From an uncultured cyanobacterium (GTDB lineage: Bacteria > Cyanobacteriota > Cyanobacteriia > Cyanobacteriales > CAWUOF01), in the NCBI GenBank assembly GCA_963744145.1, contig CAVUSO010000001.1, positions 1,440,001 to 1,504,000 on the forward strand: a stretch of 64,000 nucleotides of DNA, read 5' to 3'. This document shows positions 39,031-49,259 of the stretch, piece by piece. The position numbers were made by a program, and so were the translations under genes. Every line of letters begins with the position of its first letter. The stretch's first letter is position 1. The notes below the pieces were generated by a model. The model saw nothing but the letters and a program-made list of their open reading frames with translations. It searched no databases and was not told the origin of the DNA.

Positions 39031-41154
39031 ATGAAAGAACTGCTTTACTTAGAAGTCCCGACACCGGATCTAACCACAGTCCGTACTTGGTTACAGCAAG
39101 AATGGGAATCACCAATGGGACAAAAAAGTCTATCTCCGGACGGAATTAAATTGTCACTTCCGCAAACTACAAGCCAGACTAGCCTAATTACCGAAACTAA
39201 GACGGTTTTTACTGAAGAGATTTGGATTTTCGTCTGGCTAGTCCAATCTACTACATATTTGAAAGTATTTCGGACTGGAGATCAACCGATTCAGGGTGAA
39301 AAGAAAATCTTGACTAATTTGCATAATAATATTAGAAATAGATTTACCCATCACTACTCGGTTCCACCAGAAATTAACTTATCGGAACAGTCTATTTTTG
39401 AAGCATTAAAAGCTGCTTATCCCCTGACCGTCAAATATTTTCAAAAAATCCCCAATGGTGAATATGATCTACAGCGAGTTTATTGGTGGGAACAACGTTG
39501 GCGTAATAGTGTCCTTCATCCACAACAACCGCAACAAGTATTATTTAAAGTGCCAGAAAACTTAAGTAGTTTAACAGCAGTAGAGGCAAATACTCCTCCC
39601 TTAAAACCTGATTATGATATTATTTATATAGGTGGTGCCCTAGGAATAGTTCACGCAGCAGTAATGGCTCGATTAGGATATCATGTCTTGTTAATCGAAA
39701 GATTACCTTTTGGTAAGATGAATCGGGAATGGAATATTTCTCGTCATGAATTACAAAACTTGATTCATTTAGGCTTATTTAGTGCTAGTGAAATTGAAAG
39801 TCTGATTGCTAGAGAATATAAAGATGGCTTTAATAAATTCTTTGATGCTAATAATCCACCTCAATGTAAAGCACCGATTTTGCATACTCCCAAGGTATTA
39901 AATATTGCTTTAGATTCCGAAAAATTACTAAGACTTTGTGGAGAGAAATTAAAAGCCGCTGGGGGAGATATTTGGGATCAAACTGAGTTTAAACGTGGCG
40001 ATATTGATGACCAAAAAGTTTTAGTACAAGCACAATGTTTAGTAACTAAAAAAGAACGGGTGGTAAGTGGAAGATTATTAATCGACGCAATGGGGACCGC
40101 TTCTGCGATCGCATGGCAATTAAATGGTGGTAGAGCTTTTGATAGTGTTTGTCCGACCGTAGGTGCTAGTATTGAATCAGGATTTGCACCAGGTGTGTGG
40201 GATTCCCAATATGGGGATATTTTGAATTCCCATGGAGATATTTCTCGGGGAAGACAGTTGATTTGGGAGTTATTTCCTGGTCAAGGTGAGGAATTGACAA
40301 TTTATTTATTTCATTATCATCAGATCAATGCAGAAAATCCAGGTTCATTATTAGAAATGTATGAGGATTTTTTCGCAATTTTGCCAGAGTATCGTCGTTG
40401 TGATCTGGAGAAATTAAAATGGAAAAAGGCTACTTTTGGTTATATTCCGGGACATTTTAGTGTGGGAAGTCGCGATCGGCAAGTTGCGTTTGACCGTCTG
40501 ATCGCGATCGGTGATGCTGCTTCATTACAATCTCCCCTAGTTTTTACTGGTTTTGGTTCTTTAATTCGGAATTTACCGCGGTTAACAGATTTGCTAAATA
40601 CGGCGCTAAAATCTGATCTACTGAGTGCTAGTTACTTAAATCAAATTCGCGCTTATCAAAGTAATGTTGCTGTCACCTGGCTATTTTCTAAAGGAATGAT
40701 GGTCCCGACAGGTCGATTTATTCCACCGCAATTAATTAACTCTATGCTGAATACTTTTTTTGGAGTTTTAGGAACTGTACGTCCAGAGATAGCTGAAGCT
40801 TTTATTAAGGATAAAACTGATTGGTTAACTTTTAATTGGTTAGCTTTTAAAGCTGCTAAAAAAAATCCAGCTTTGTTATTATGGATTTGGCAGTTAGCAG
40901 GTGGAAAAGATATTTTTCGCTGGTTGGGTAGTTATTTAGATTTTACTCTTTTTTCTATCTTAGGCTGGTTATTTTCCTGGTTACCGAAATTTCTCCGTCA
41001 GATTCAACCAGTTTTAGAAGATCGTTATCCCAGTCTATGGTTTTGGTTATTAGCTACTAGTTATGCTCTGACTGATGGAATAGGACGACCTCAAACTATT
41101 GCTCAATATTCTGAAGTTATAGGAATATATAATCGGACTTTAGAGAAATCTTAA
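39031..41154 (+). CDS. cruA: FAD-dependent oxidoreductase, probable CruA-type lycopene cyclase
   Basis: DIIYIGGALG, MNREWNIS, DAMGTAS, IGDAASLQSPLVFTGFG; about 700 aa with N-terminal extension. Confidence 0.68.
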   Translation: MKELLYLEVPTPDLTTVRTWLQQEWESPMGQKSLSPDGIKLSLPQTTSQTSLITETKTVFTEEIWIFVWLVQSTTYLKVFRTGDQPIQGEKKILTNLHNNIRNRFTHHYSVPPEINLSEQSIFEALKAAYPLTVKYFQKIPNGEYDLQRVYWWEQRWRNSVLHPQQPQQVLFKVPENLSSLTAVEANTPPLKPDYDIIYIGGALGIVHAAVMARLGYHVLLIERLPFGKMNREWNISRHELQNLIHLGLFSASEIESLIAREYKDGFNKFFDANNPPQCKAPILHTPKVLNIALDSEKLLRLCGEKLKAAGGDIWDQTEFKRGDIDDQKVLVQAQCLVTKKERVVSGRLLIDAMGTASAIAWQLNGGRAFDSVCPTVGASIESGFAPGVWDSQYGDILNSHGDISRGRQLIWELFPGQGEELTIYLFHYHQINAENPGSLLEMYEDFFAILPEYRRCDLEKLKWKKATFGYIPGHFSVGSRDRQVAFDRLIAIGDAASLQSPLVFTGFGSLIRNLPRLTDLLNTALKSDLLSASYLNQIRAYQSNVAVTWLFSKGMMVPTGRFIPPQLINSMLNTFFGVLGTVRPEIAEAFIKDKTDWLTFNWLAFKAAKKNPALLLWIWQLAGGKDIFRWLGSYLDFTLFSILGWLFSWLPKFLRQIQPVLEDRYPSLWFWLLATSYALTDGIGRPQTIAQYSEVIGIYNRTLEKS

Positions 41155-41164
41155 AATTAGCAGA

Positions 41165-41336
41165 AGACCTCTCCCCCAACCCCTCTCCTGAAAGGAAAGG
41201 GGAGCAAGAATGACCTCTCCCCCAACCCCTCTCCTGAAAGGAAAGGGGAGAAGAATAAATCGATTCCTCCCATCAATTTAATCATCTTAATTACTCCCCC
41301 TTCCCTCCGAGGGAAGGGGGTTGGGGGGTTAGGTCT
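41165..41336. repeat. Dispersed CCCCT/AGGGG inverted repeat with internal 46-bp tandem duplication, between convergent genes
   Basis: GACCTCTCCCCCAACCCCTCTCCTGAAAGGAAAGGGGAG occurs twice; shares CTCCCATCAATTTAATCATCTTAATTACTCCCCCT with 32800-32978. Confidence 0.82.
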
Positions 41337-41339
41337 TAT

Positions 41340-43694
41340 TTATTTTGCCGAAATCAATATGCGATTTCGTCCCATAGTCTTAGCTTCATATAATAAAGTA
41401 TCAGCTACTCGATAAAGTTCTTGCCAAGAAATACCATCAAGAGGATACTCAACTACTCCAGCACTAAAAGTGATCTGAAATTTTTCCCTATTAGCATCAG
41501 TAAAATCTTGACCAGACCAGATTTTGAGGAAATCAGTTAACCGTTTGGCACCTTCCTCTCTGGTAATTCCATATAAACCTAAAACAAACTCCTCACCACC
41601 CCAACGACCTAATAGATCTTCAGACCGAAAGAACTGCTTTAAGTTTTTTCCCAATAGATAAAGCACTCGATCGCCAGCCGCATGACCATATTGATCATTG
41701 ACACGCTTAAAATGATCTAAATCTAGAATCATAAAACAAAAAGGCTGATCTTGACGATCGGCCAAACGGATTAATCGTTCTAGATCCTGAAGAAATTTGC
41801 GTCGAGTCGCAATACCCGTTAATTCATCAATTTCTGCAAATCTATGTAAAATTCGGGTTCGCTCTAACCGATTCAGAATCCGGGCAATTAATTCGGGTCC
41901 GACGATCGGTTTTTGTACATAATCATCACCACCAACTGTAAACACCTGATGAATCGTCTGAGAATCGTTATGAGCAGAGAGAAATAATATAGGTAAATCA
42001 CTCCAACATCGATCGCTACGCACCACCTGACAGAGTTCAATCCCGCTAAAATTAGGCATTTCTATATCTAAAATCAACAAATCAGGTGCGATCGCTTCTA
42101 ATATTTGCCAAAATTGCTGAGGATCGGCTAAAGTTCTGATCTGAAAACCCCAGGGTTCGAGGAGATTAGCTAAAGCTACTAACATCTGCTCATCATCATC
42201 GACAATCAGGATTTTCGCTTCTACTTTTTCAGTCCGACTAAGTTCTTGGGTAACTGTTTTGATAATTTCTTCTGGACTAATCGGTTTCTCTAAAAAGACA
42301 TTTCCCCCCAAACGTGCTATTTTCACCCGATCGCTTAATTGATTACAAGCAGTCAACACTAATACGGGCAGATTTGGAGTTTTGTGCTTGAGTTCAGTTA
42401 ATAGAGTCATCCCATTTTCATTCGTTTGGGGAAAAGTGAGATCGAGAATGATTACATTAGGTTGGTAGGACAAAATTATGCTTCTCGCTACTGTTGGGTC
42501 GGTTGCTACTTCCACCTGAAAACCCCATAGGATTGCTTCTTTTTTGATCTGTTCCGTCATCACCAGATCATCATCGATAATCAGCAAGCGACCTAAACCA
42601 ATGAGAAAATTAGGAGTGAGTGTTGTGGTAGTGGGTTGATTTTCGACAACTTGTTTTAGATGTACAACTAACTCTTCCAGTTGTTGTGCATGATCTTTAC
42701 CCAAATACTCCAAACCTAACAAATTTTCGATCTGTCTGGCTATTTCTGAACCTGTCGGTAAACCAAATGAACCCAATGAACCAATTAAACGATGAGCTTC
42801 TGCTTGAGCTGAGGTGCGAATTTGTGGATCTAGAGTTTCGGTCGAAATTTGGGCGATCGCTTGCTCCAGCACCATCATCCTGACAGCCAAACTTTCTTTA
42901 AATTTGCCCCACATTTGTTGTGCTACTGCTAGCACTTTTGCTTGAGCTTGACGCTGGTTTGTCCGATTTAACTGAGATAAGTGCGATCGCGTTTCAGTTT
43001 GATGGAAGAGAATTTCTTCCGGTGGTGCTTTGAGTCGATAACCCAATCCATATACTGTTTCAACTAAATCTGTAGTTATTCCTGCGGCTTTAAGTTTTTG
43101 TCTGAGACCTTTGATTTGAGTAGAAACCGCGTCTTCTTGGGGAAATTCACCACTAGGCCATACATGGTCAATAATAGCACTTCGGCTAAAAATACGTCCT
43201 GGATTTCTCAGGAAAAGTTCTAGTATGCTATACTCTTTTGGGGTAAGATGTAAAACTTTTCCTTCATAAGTCACTCGACTTGCATCTGGGTCAAGTTGCA
43301 GTTTTTCCCAAGTTAATATATGAGGTAGTATTGATCTACCCCGTCGCAATAAAGCCTGAATTCGAGCGATTAATTCTGATCCTTGATATGGTTTGACCAG
43401 ATAATCATCTGCTCCTGCTTCTAAACCGATGACCCGCTCATTGGTGGTATCTTTAGCACTTAACAATAGAATCGGAATCTGTACCCCCAGCGATCGCAGT
43501 TGACGACACAAATTAATTCCATTCAGTCCAGGAAGAATTATATCTAGCACAAGTAGATCATAATGAAAAGCTTGAACCAGTTCCAAACCCATTTGACCAT
43601 CTGTTGTGGTCTCCACCGTGTAGTTATGGTTGGTCAGTTCTTGTGCTAGAATATGAGCTGTTGCTTCATCATCTTCTACGAGCAAGATTTTCAC
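41340..43694 (-). CDS. Multidomain regulator REC-wHTH-Hpt-REC-REC-GGDEF
   Basis: KILLVEDD; LTPKEYSILE...ETVYGLGY; AHRLIGSLGSFG; two more REC domains; DLDHFKRVNDQYGH, RSED I-site, GGEEF. Confidence 0.92.
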   Translation of the reverse strand: MKILLVEDDEATAHILAQELTNHNYTVETTTDGQMGLELVQAFHYDLLVLDIILPGLNGINLCRQLRSLGVQIPILLLSAKDTTNERVIGLEAGADDYLVKPYQGSELIARIQALLRRGRSILPHILTWEKLQLDPDASRVTYEGKVLHLTPKEYSILELFLRNPGRIFSRSAIIDHVWPSGEFPQEDAVSTQIKGLRQKLKAAGITTDLVETVYGLGYRLKAPPEEILFHQTETRSHLSQLNRTNQRQAQAKVLAVAQQMWGKFKESLAVRMMVLEQAIAQISTETLDPQIRTSAQAEAHRLIGSLGSFGLPTGSEIARQIENLLGLEYLGKDHAQQLEELVVHLKQVVENQPTTTTLTPNFLIGLGRLLIIDDDLVMTEQIKKEAILWGFQVEVATDPTVARSIILSYQPNVIILDLTFPQTNENGMTLLTELKHKTPNLPVLVLTACNQLSDRVKIARLGGNVFLEKPISPEEIIKTVTQELSRTEKVEAKILIVDDDEQMLVALANLLEPWGFQIRTLADPQQFWQILEAIAPDLLILDIEMPNFSGIELCQVVRSDRCWSDLPILFLSAHNDSQTIHQVFTVGGDDYVQKPIVGPELIARILNRLERTRILHRFAEIDELTGIATRRKFLQDLERLIRLADRQDQPFCFMILDLDHFKRVNDQYGHAAGDRVLYLLGKNLKQFFRSEDLLGRWGGEEFVLGLYGITREEGAKRLTDFLKIWSGQDFTDANREKFQITFSAGVVEYPLDGISWQELYRVADTLLYEAKTMGRNRILISAK

Positions 43695-43813
43695 AAGCTT
43701 TTTTTATCCTCGATCGCCAAAGCCTATTTTTATTTTAGGCTGATCTTGATTAATCCGAATCTTAATTCCTTTGGCTCTCTGCTCGGTAAATAGCTAATTC
43801 TTGCTGACTTTTT

Positions 43814-44176
43814 CTACTGATTGGAACCAGTTTTAGCTCCATGAATACTCTCAAATTGGTTAAGCTGCTGTTCCGGTTCAGAAATAATTTTTCTATCCGC
43901 GTCTTTTTTGATATTTTTTTTCGTTTTCCCCCGAGGTTTTAAATATTTGGAAAACTGCGATGCAGATGGTGATAATTTTTGCTTGATTAACGACTCTGTT
44001 TTTTGGCTCACAGGATATTTGTTAGCCAAGCAATTCAAAATATAAATAGCTAAATCCTGATCTACTCCATCCCCAGCAAAAGCTGGTTTAGAGGGATATT
44101 CTAGATCAACTGCAAAAATGGTTTCAATTTCCTGAAGAACCTTCAGTAGTTGAGAATTAACAGGTGGTTTTTTCAT
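43814..44176 (-). CDS. Hypothetical protein
   Basis: 120-aa ATG ORF co-oriented within the signalling cluster; no recognisable motif. Confidence 0.5.
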   Translation of the reverse strand: MKKPPVNSQLLKVLQEIETIFAVDLEYPSKPAFAGDGVDQDLAIYILNCLANKYPVSQKTESLIKQKLSPSASQFSKYLKPRGKTKKNIKKDADRKIISEPEQQLNQFESIHGAKTGSNQ

Positions 44177-44323
44177 GGTTTATTTTTATTTTTTAATTGG
44201 CCATGATCTAGATGGCGCTGAATTTGAGCTGGTAAAATAGTAAAATTTATGTCCCCTGTGTGAATTTCACCTGGGGAAAAGCAACAAATATGTTGCAATA
44301 GTTATAAAGATTAGGAAACAAAT

Positions 44324-44342
44324 TTGAGGAAATTTTGAGGAA
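44324..44342 (-). promoter_or_regulatory. Direct-repeat operator candidate TTGAGGAA-N3-TTGAGGAA
   Basis: 11-bp period; identical 19-mer at 45190-45208. Confidence 0.6.
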
Positions 44343-44531
44343 TAAAAATTTTCGGCATTTTTTTTGTGAAAATCTGCACATACTAGACTAGAAATGGTAA
44401 TTCACCCACTAAATTAAATGAAGTGAGCCAAGATCCAGTAGAAATTAAACGGGTGATCGCCGATTCCACCTTTGACCACCATAAAAATCAAGGGAACAAA
44501 AAATATTGATGATACATCTAATCAGTTAGTG

Positions 44532-44927
44532 CTAAATTGCCAATTCCCAACCTAGCATTTTGGCGATTTGGGCTACTAAAGTAAGAGGATCGAAGGGTTT
44601 AGCGATCGCACCTTTAACTCCTAAATTGTAAAACCGCTGATATTCAGTTAAACTCAGTCTTGCGGTTAGGAAGATCACGGGAATTGACTGAGTTACAGGA
44701 TCGACCTGGAGGTATTTTAATACCACCAGACCATCCATTTCTGGCATCATTACATCAAGGAGAATTGCATCTGGTTGCTCAGAAATTGCTTTGGCTAAAC
44801 CTGCTGGACCAGAATCTGCTAATACTACCTTCCAACCCCCTAGTGATTCTAGACAAGCTTTCACAACTTGTCGGATATTGAATTCGTCATCAATAAACAA
44901 AATTCGTTTCGTTGTTATACTCTCCAT
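44532..44927 (-). CDS. Single-domain response regulator
   Basis: ILFIDDE, LLDVMMP, FLTA, KPFDP. Confidence 0.92.
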   Translation of the reverse strand: MESITTKRILFIDDEFNIRQVVKACLESLGGWKVVLADSGPAGLAKAISEQPDAILLDVMMPEMDGLVVLKYLQVDPVTQSIPVIFLTARLSLTEYQRFYNLGVKGAIAKPFDPLTLVAQIAKMLGWELAI

Positions 44928-44979
44928 TTTGTTTCTGTGGTTAAGCTAAGAGCATCTTTTTATAAGGATACATAGACTT

Positions 44980-45119
44980 GATCCCCCCAACCCCCTTAAC
45001 AAGGGGGAGCATGAATTTAAAGTCCCTCTTTTGAAGGAGGAGCATGAATTTAAAGTCCCTCTTTTGAAGGAGGAGCATGAATTTAAAGTCCCCCTTTTTA
45101 AGGGGTATTTAGGGGGATC
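44980..45119. repeat. GATCCCCC...GGGGGATC-bounded repeat with 33-bp tandem units
   Basis: GAGCATGAATTTAAAGTCCC starts at 45007, 45040 and 45073. Confidence 0.82.
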
Positions 45120-45189
45120 TAAATCTCTGCAACTTCACATTAAATTGTGATAAGAGCATCTTCTTAGACCTATAAGATAAAACAAAAAA

Positions 45190-45208
45190 TTGAGGAAATT
45201 TTGAGGAA
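45190..45208 (-). promoter_or_regulatory. Second copy of TTGAGGAA-N3-TTGAGGAA operator candidate
   Basis: TTGAGGAAATTTTGAGGAA upstream of the 44532-44927 regulator. Confidence 0.6.
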
Positions 45209-45214
45209 AAATAA

Positions 45215-45595
45215 TTACCATTTCAGTAGAGCAGCCATTTGATCTGCTAGAGTCAAAGGGTCAAACGGTTTAGCAATTACTCCAGTTACACCGAGTTTGG
45301 CAAATTGATCTAAATCAATAGACTGCACCTTCGCTGTGAACAAAATAATCGGAATTTTTTGAGTAGCTGGATTATTTTGTAATTCCCGAAATACGGTTAG
45401 TCCATCTAGATCGGGCATCATCACATCCAGTAAGATCGCATCGAAATTTTCGCTCTCGATCAGAGCAAATCCTGCTCTACCTGATAAAGCTGTCTGAACT
45501 TCCCAACCTCCTAAGTTTTCTAGACAAGCTTTAATCACAATACAGAGGTTTATTTCATCATCGATTACCAGAATTCGCTTTCCTGGCATTAGCAA
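45215..45595 (-). CDS. Single-domain response regulator (paralog of 44532-44927)
   Basis: ILVIDDE, KACLENLGGW, LLDVMMP, KPFDP. Confidence 0.92.
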   Translation of the reverse strand: MLMPGKRILVIDDEINLCIVIKACLENLGGWEVQTALSGRAGFALIESENFDAILLDVMMPDLDGLTVFRELQNNPATQKIPIILFTAKVQSIDLDQFAKLGVTGVIAKPFDPLTLADQMAALLKW

Positions 45596-45642
45596 TAATT
45601 ATGGTTAAATTTACATAGGCTACTATAGCATCAATGAAATCA

Positions 45643-47487
45643 CTAATCAAGAAATTTTGGCAAAGTAAAATAAAAGCTACTACCTTGTCCAACAACACTT
45701 TCCACCCAAATTTTGCCACAATGCTGTTGGATAATACCCTTACAAATTGCCAAACCCAAACCTGTTCCTCCTTTTTGACGGGAGTCAGAAGCATCTACCT
45801 GTTGAAACCTAGCAAAAATAACTTCTAATTTATCAGCTGGAATACCCCGTCCTTGGTCTGTGACTTGAAATAAAACATGATCTGCTTGGTCTTTGAGATT
45901 GAGTCTCACCATTGTATTTGGAGGTGAAAATTTAATCGCGTTACTTAACAGATTAACCAGAGTTTGAATCACCCGATCGCGATCTGCCCAGACTTGTACC
46001 CCAGTTTGTTCAATTAATAGAGTTATATTATTTTGTAATGCTAAAGATTGTACCGTTTCTACAGATTCTTGCATCATCGCTAGCCCATCGCACCACTCCT
46101 GATTCAGTTCGACTTTCTCTGCTGTTAGTCGTTCTAAGTCAAGAATATCATTCACGAGACGCACTAATCGTTCTGTTTCGTGAAAGGCAATATCCAACAT
46201 TTGTTGAGCAGATTCCGGGTTGTTTTTAAAAACTCCTGCAGCTAGTAAACCAAGAGAACCCCGCATAGAAGACAGGGGTGTGCGGAGTTCGTGACTGACA
46301 ATGGAAATGAACTCTTTTTTCATAGTTTCCACTGCCCGACTATCCGTCACATCTTCTACTGTACCAACATAACCAATTAATTCATTGGGACTAGAAAAGA
46401 TCGCGGACTGTACCCTCCCAAACCGAATGCTTCGATCTTGATGGATATAACGAATTTCATCAGCAAATTCCTGTTTTTCAGAAATCGCTTTTGACCACTT
46501 GGTTTTAATTTTCTCTTGATCATCTGGGTGAATAAAATTGATCCAACCTTCTCCCAAAGCCTGATCAAATATGCAATCACTAATGACTTGATAGCGTGGA
46601 TTCGTATAGGTGAAATGTCCGTCACTATCCATCATAAAAATGCCGATCGGTAAACATTCACACAAGAAACGGTATTTCTCTTCACTCTGTTTAAGTACCT
46701 CTTCGATTTGTTTGCGATCGGTAACATCTAATAAAACACCGAGTGATCGACTCGGTTTTCCTGAGTCATCGTAGATAGTTGTCGAACGTTGCATGAACCA
46801 ACGAATAGAACCATTTGTATGGATTACTCGATATTCGCAATAGAAATCTGTGTGATTTTCTGCCGATTTAAAAAACTCTGGTTCCAGCCAAGCCAGATCA
46901 TCAGGATGAACCGAATTGCGCCAAATATCATAAGTTGGCTCAACACTATAGGGAGCTAAACCGAGCAGGGTAAAATGATTATCGTTCCAGATTACCTTAG
47001 TATCGGACATCTTCCAATCCCAAAAACCAATATTAGTTAAATCTATTGCTAATCTGCGACTTTCTTCACTCCGTTTTAGGTCTATTAATGCTTCCTTTAG
47101 ATTAGCATTTACTTCAGTCAGCTCTCTTGTTCGTTTTGCTATTCGTTGCTCTAGTTCATTTTTCAGCTCCTGAAAATTGCTAATTAATGCGCTACTGATC
47201 AAGGAAACTATCACAAAAGTACATAACGTAAATAACTCCTTCGAGGAAACAATTCTAACTATGGATAGGTGAGGAAACAAAAAATAAGTAATGCTTATTG
47301 TCGATAGGAAAATGGCAACAAGTGCTGATCGCCTATTGGCGTACCAAGCAGTTATAATGATGGCGATATAGAAAAATGCCCCAACGCTTCGCACTAGAAA
47401 TGGTTGTAGCCAGAATGTTAGCACTAAGGCGATCGCGGTAGTACCGATGGCAATTGCGTAGGGTAAAAATCGCTCATAAAGTTTCAT
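45643..47487 (-). CDS. Membrane sensor histidine kinase (DUF4118-like TM, two PAS, HisKA, HATPase)
   Basis: Four TMs, HPDD PAS motifs, [24 protein letters not shown]. Confidence 0.92.
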   Translation of the reverse strand: MKLYERFLPYAIAIGTTAIALVLTFWLQPFLVRSVGAFFYIAIIITAWYANRRSALVAIFLSTISITYFLFPHLSIVRIVSSKELFTLCTFVIVSLISSALISNFQELKNELEQRIAKRTRELTEVNANLKEALIDLKRSEESRRLAIDLTNIGFWDWKMSDTKVIWNDNHFTLLGLAPYSVEPTYDIWRNSVHPDDLAWLEPEFFKSAENHTDFYCEYRVIHTNGSIRWFMQRSTTIYDDSGKPSRSLGVLLDVTDRKQIEEVLKQSEEKYRFLCECLPIGIFMMDSDGHFTYTNPRYQVISDCIFDQALGEGWINFIHPDDQEKIKTKWSKAISEKQEFADEIRYIHQDRSIRFGRVQSAIFSSPNELIGYVGTVEDVTDSRAVETMKKEFISIVSHELRTPLSSMRGSLGLLAAGVFKNNPESAQQMLDIAFHETERLVRLVNDILDLERLTAEKVELNQEWCDGLAMMQESVETVQSLALQNNITLLIEQTGVQVWADRDRVIQTLVNLLSNAIKFSPPNTMVRLNLKDQADHVLFQVTDQGRGIPADKLEVIFARFQQVDASDSRQKGGTGLGLAICKGIIQQHCGKIWVESVVGQGSSFYFTLPKFLD

Positions 47488-47496
47488 CTAATTGAA

Positions 47497-49008
47497 TTAT
47501 TTTTCTTTGTTTATTTCTTTTCCCGGTATAGTTTTGGTCGGAAAACTGGGTAGTTCAATTGCAGCTAAAGACTTCCGTTTTTTGACTGGATGTAAGGGAT
47601 AAACAATTGGTGCGGGCCAATTTAGTTTGGGCAGACTGTCTGGTGGTTTTTGCATCACCTGACTAGATTGCTCATCGATCGCTGATGGTAATTCAATTTT
47701 TGACTGGGAAATGTTCAGCTCTGACCCAATTCCACTGAGAGGATTAATCTGCTCAATATTGATGCTAGTTTTTGGTAATTCATCTCGTTGAACTAAAGGT
47801 GGAAGTGCTGGTTCAATTTTTTTGACGGTCTCCTGTTTGATGGTTTCAGCTCTAGCTAAATCTTGGTCAACTAATTTGGTTAAATCTTGCCATAGTGTTT
47901 CATCATTGATCGAAGTTTCTCTAGTCTGAGTCGGAGCAGAAATATCTGGATGATTTGTGGGAGCAACCACCGCAACAGTATCTAAAGTGACCTTGGTATC
48001 GCTAGGTTGAACTACTTCTGGGATTGAATCAGCACTCGGATTGTCATTATTTTCGTTAATAATGATCGTTTCATCCATCACAGGTTCTCCTGGTTCAGCT
48101 GACCAAGGTCGGACTGGTTGAGAACGGGGTAGAAAAGGACGAGCAACTGGGGTGGGGTCAGAAACTAGGTCTTCCTTATTTTTCTGGGTACTTACTTCAT
48201 TTTTCCCCACCGGATTTTGTCCATAAGGTGAGGGTAGTTCTAGACACTTTTCTAAAGCTGCTTTAAATTGCAATGTATGTCTTTGTTGACGGTTAAGACG
48301 CGATCGCAAATCCCGGGCTGTATTTTCCGCTTGAGAGAGTAAATGAGTTTGCTCATTGTATCTTTGCTGGGTCAATGCACATTCTCGTTCCAACTGTGCT
48401 ACTCGTTCTTGACTGCTTTCTAATTCTTCTGTTAATGTTTGCAGTAGAATTTGCTGACGCTGGTTATTTTGGCGCACCGATTCTACTTCTTGATTTAATC
48501 GTGTTATTTCGCTAGTTGCCTGAGATAATTCCTGAGTTTTTTGACCTAATAAGGTTTCTTGAGCTTGATTACGTTGCTGTTGTTGCTGTAATGTCTTTTG
48601 GTTTTGGTCTAATGACTTCTCTAACTGAGCTACTCGCTGGAGTAAATTACTGTTACTTTGGCGTAAATCTTGGACTATAGCCATCAGTTCCTTGCCCACT
48701 GTAGCCCCAATTGTATCACTATTAAGAATAAGATTAGGGGAAAATACCGATTCTCTGGGTGCTGTACCCAGGGACTTTTGCTCAAAAGTTATGGATGAAT
48801 TTAAGACTTCTTCCTCATCAAGATTACCCTGGGCGATCGCATCTATATTGATAGTATTGGGAAGATTAACAGTTTCCCATCCCTCTGCTGCTCCAGGTTT
48901 TTCTTGGGACAATTGGGCTGGATCTGTCACCTCTGGTGGGACATTAACCTGGTTCAGATCGGTGGGTTGATAGTTATGCTGGTGAATCGGAATGTCAGCT
49001 TCATTCAT
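47497..49008 (-). CDS. Cyanobacterial coiled-coil hypothetical protein
   Basis: SQERVAQLEREC, LRSRLNRQQRHTLQFKAALEKCL, WPAP..P..KKRKSLAAIELP. Confidence 0.8.
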   Translation of the reverse strand: MNEADIPIHQHNYQPTDLNQVNVPPEVTDPAQLSQEKPGAAEGWETVNLPNTINIDAIAQGNLDEEEVLNSSITFEQKSLGTAPRESVFSPNLILNSDTIGATVGKELMAIVQDLRQSNSNLLQRVAQLEKSLDQNQKTLQQQQQRNQAQETLLGQKTQELSQATSEITRLNQEVESVRQNNQRQQILLQTLTEELESSQERVAQLERECALTQQRYNEQTHLLSQAENTARDLRSRLNRQQRHTLQFKAALEKCLELPSPYGQNPVGKNEVSTQKNKEDLVSDPTPVARPFLPRSQPVRPWSAEPGEPVMDETIIINENNDNPSADSIPEVVQPSDTKVTLDTVAVVAPTNHPDISAPTQTRETSINDETLWQDLTKLVDQDLARAETIKQETVKKIEPALPPLVQRDELPKTSINIEQINPLSGIGSELNISQSKIELPSAIDEQSSQVMQKPPDSLPKLNWPAPIVYPLHPVKKRKSLAAIELPSFPTKTIPGKEINKEK

Positions 49009-49259
49009 AATAGTAATCCAGAGGTTTATCTATTTTAATTTTCTTTATGATCAAATGCCATTTCATTTAGATTTATTTTATCCCCATCCCGATGGGGATA
49101 AATGGCAAACACAGATTAGATGTCGTTGCTAGAATTATATGTGGATGACTAGCTCCTTGACCCAAGTCAATCGCCCCTAGTGGGGAAAATATTAATCAAA
49201 TATATCTACAAATCTGTTTTGATGATCAATGGTTCAAGATTTTTACCACATTTGCTAAT

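Noticed and set aside
45007..45119. Possible CRISPR array
   Set aside because: Units are contiguous 33-bp tandem copies with no unique spacers, and no cas genes are in the window.
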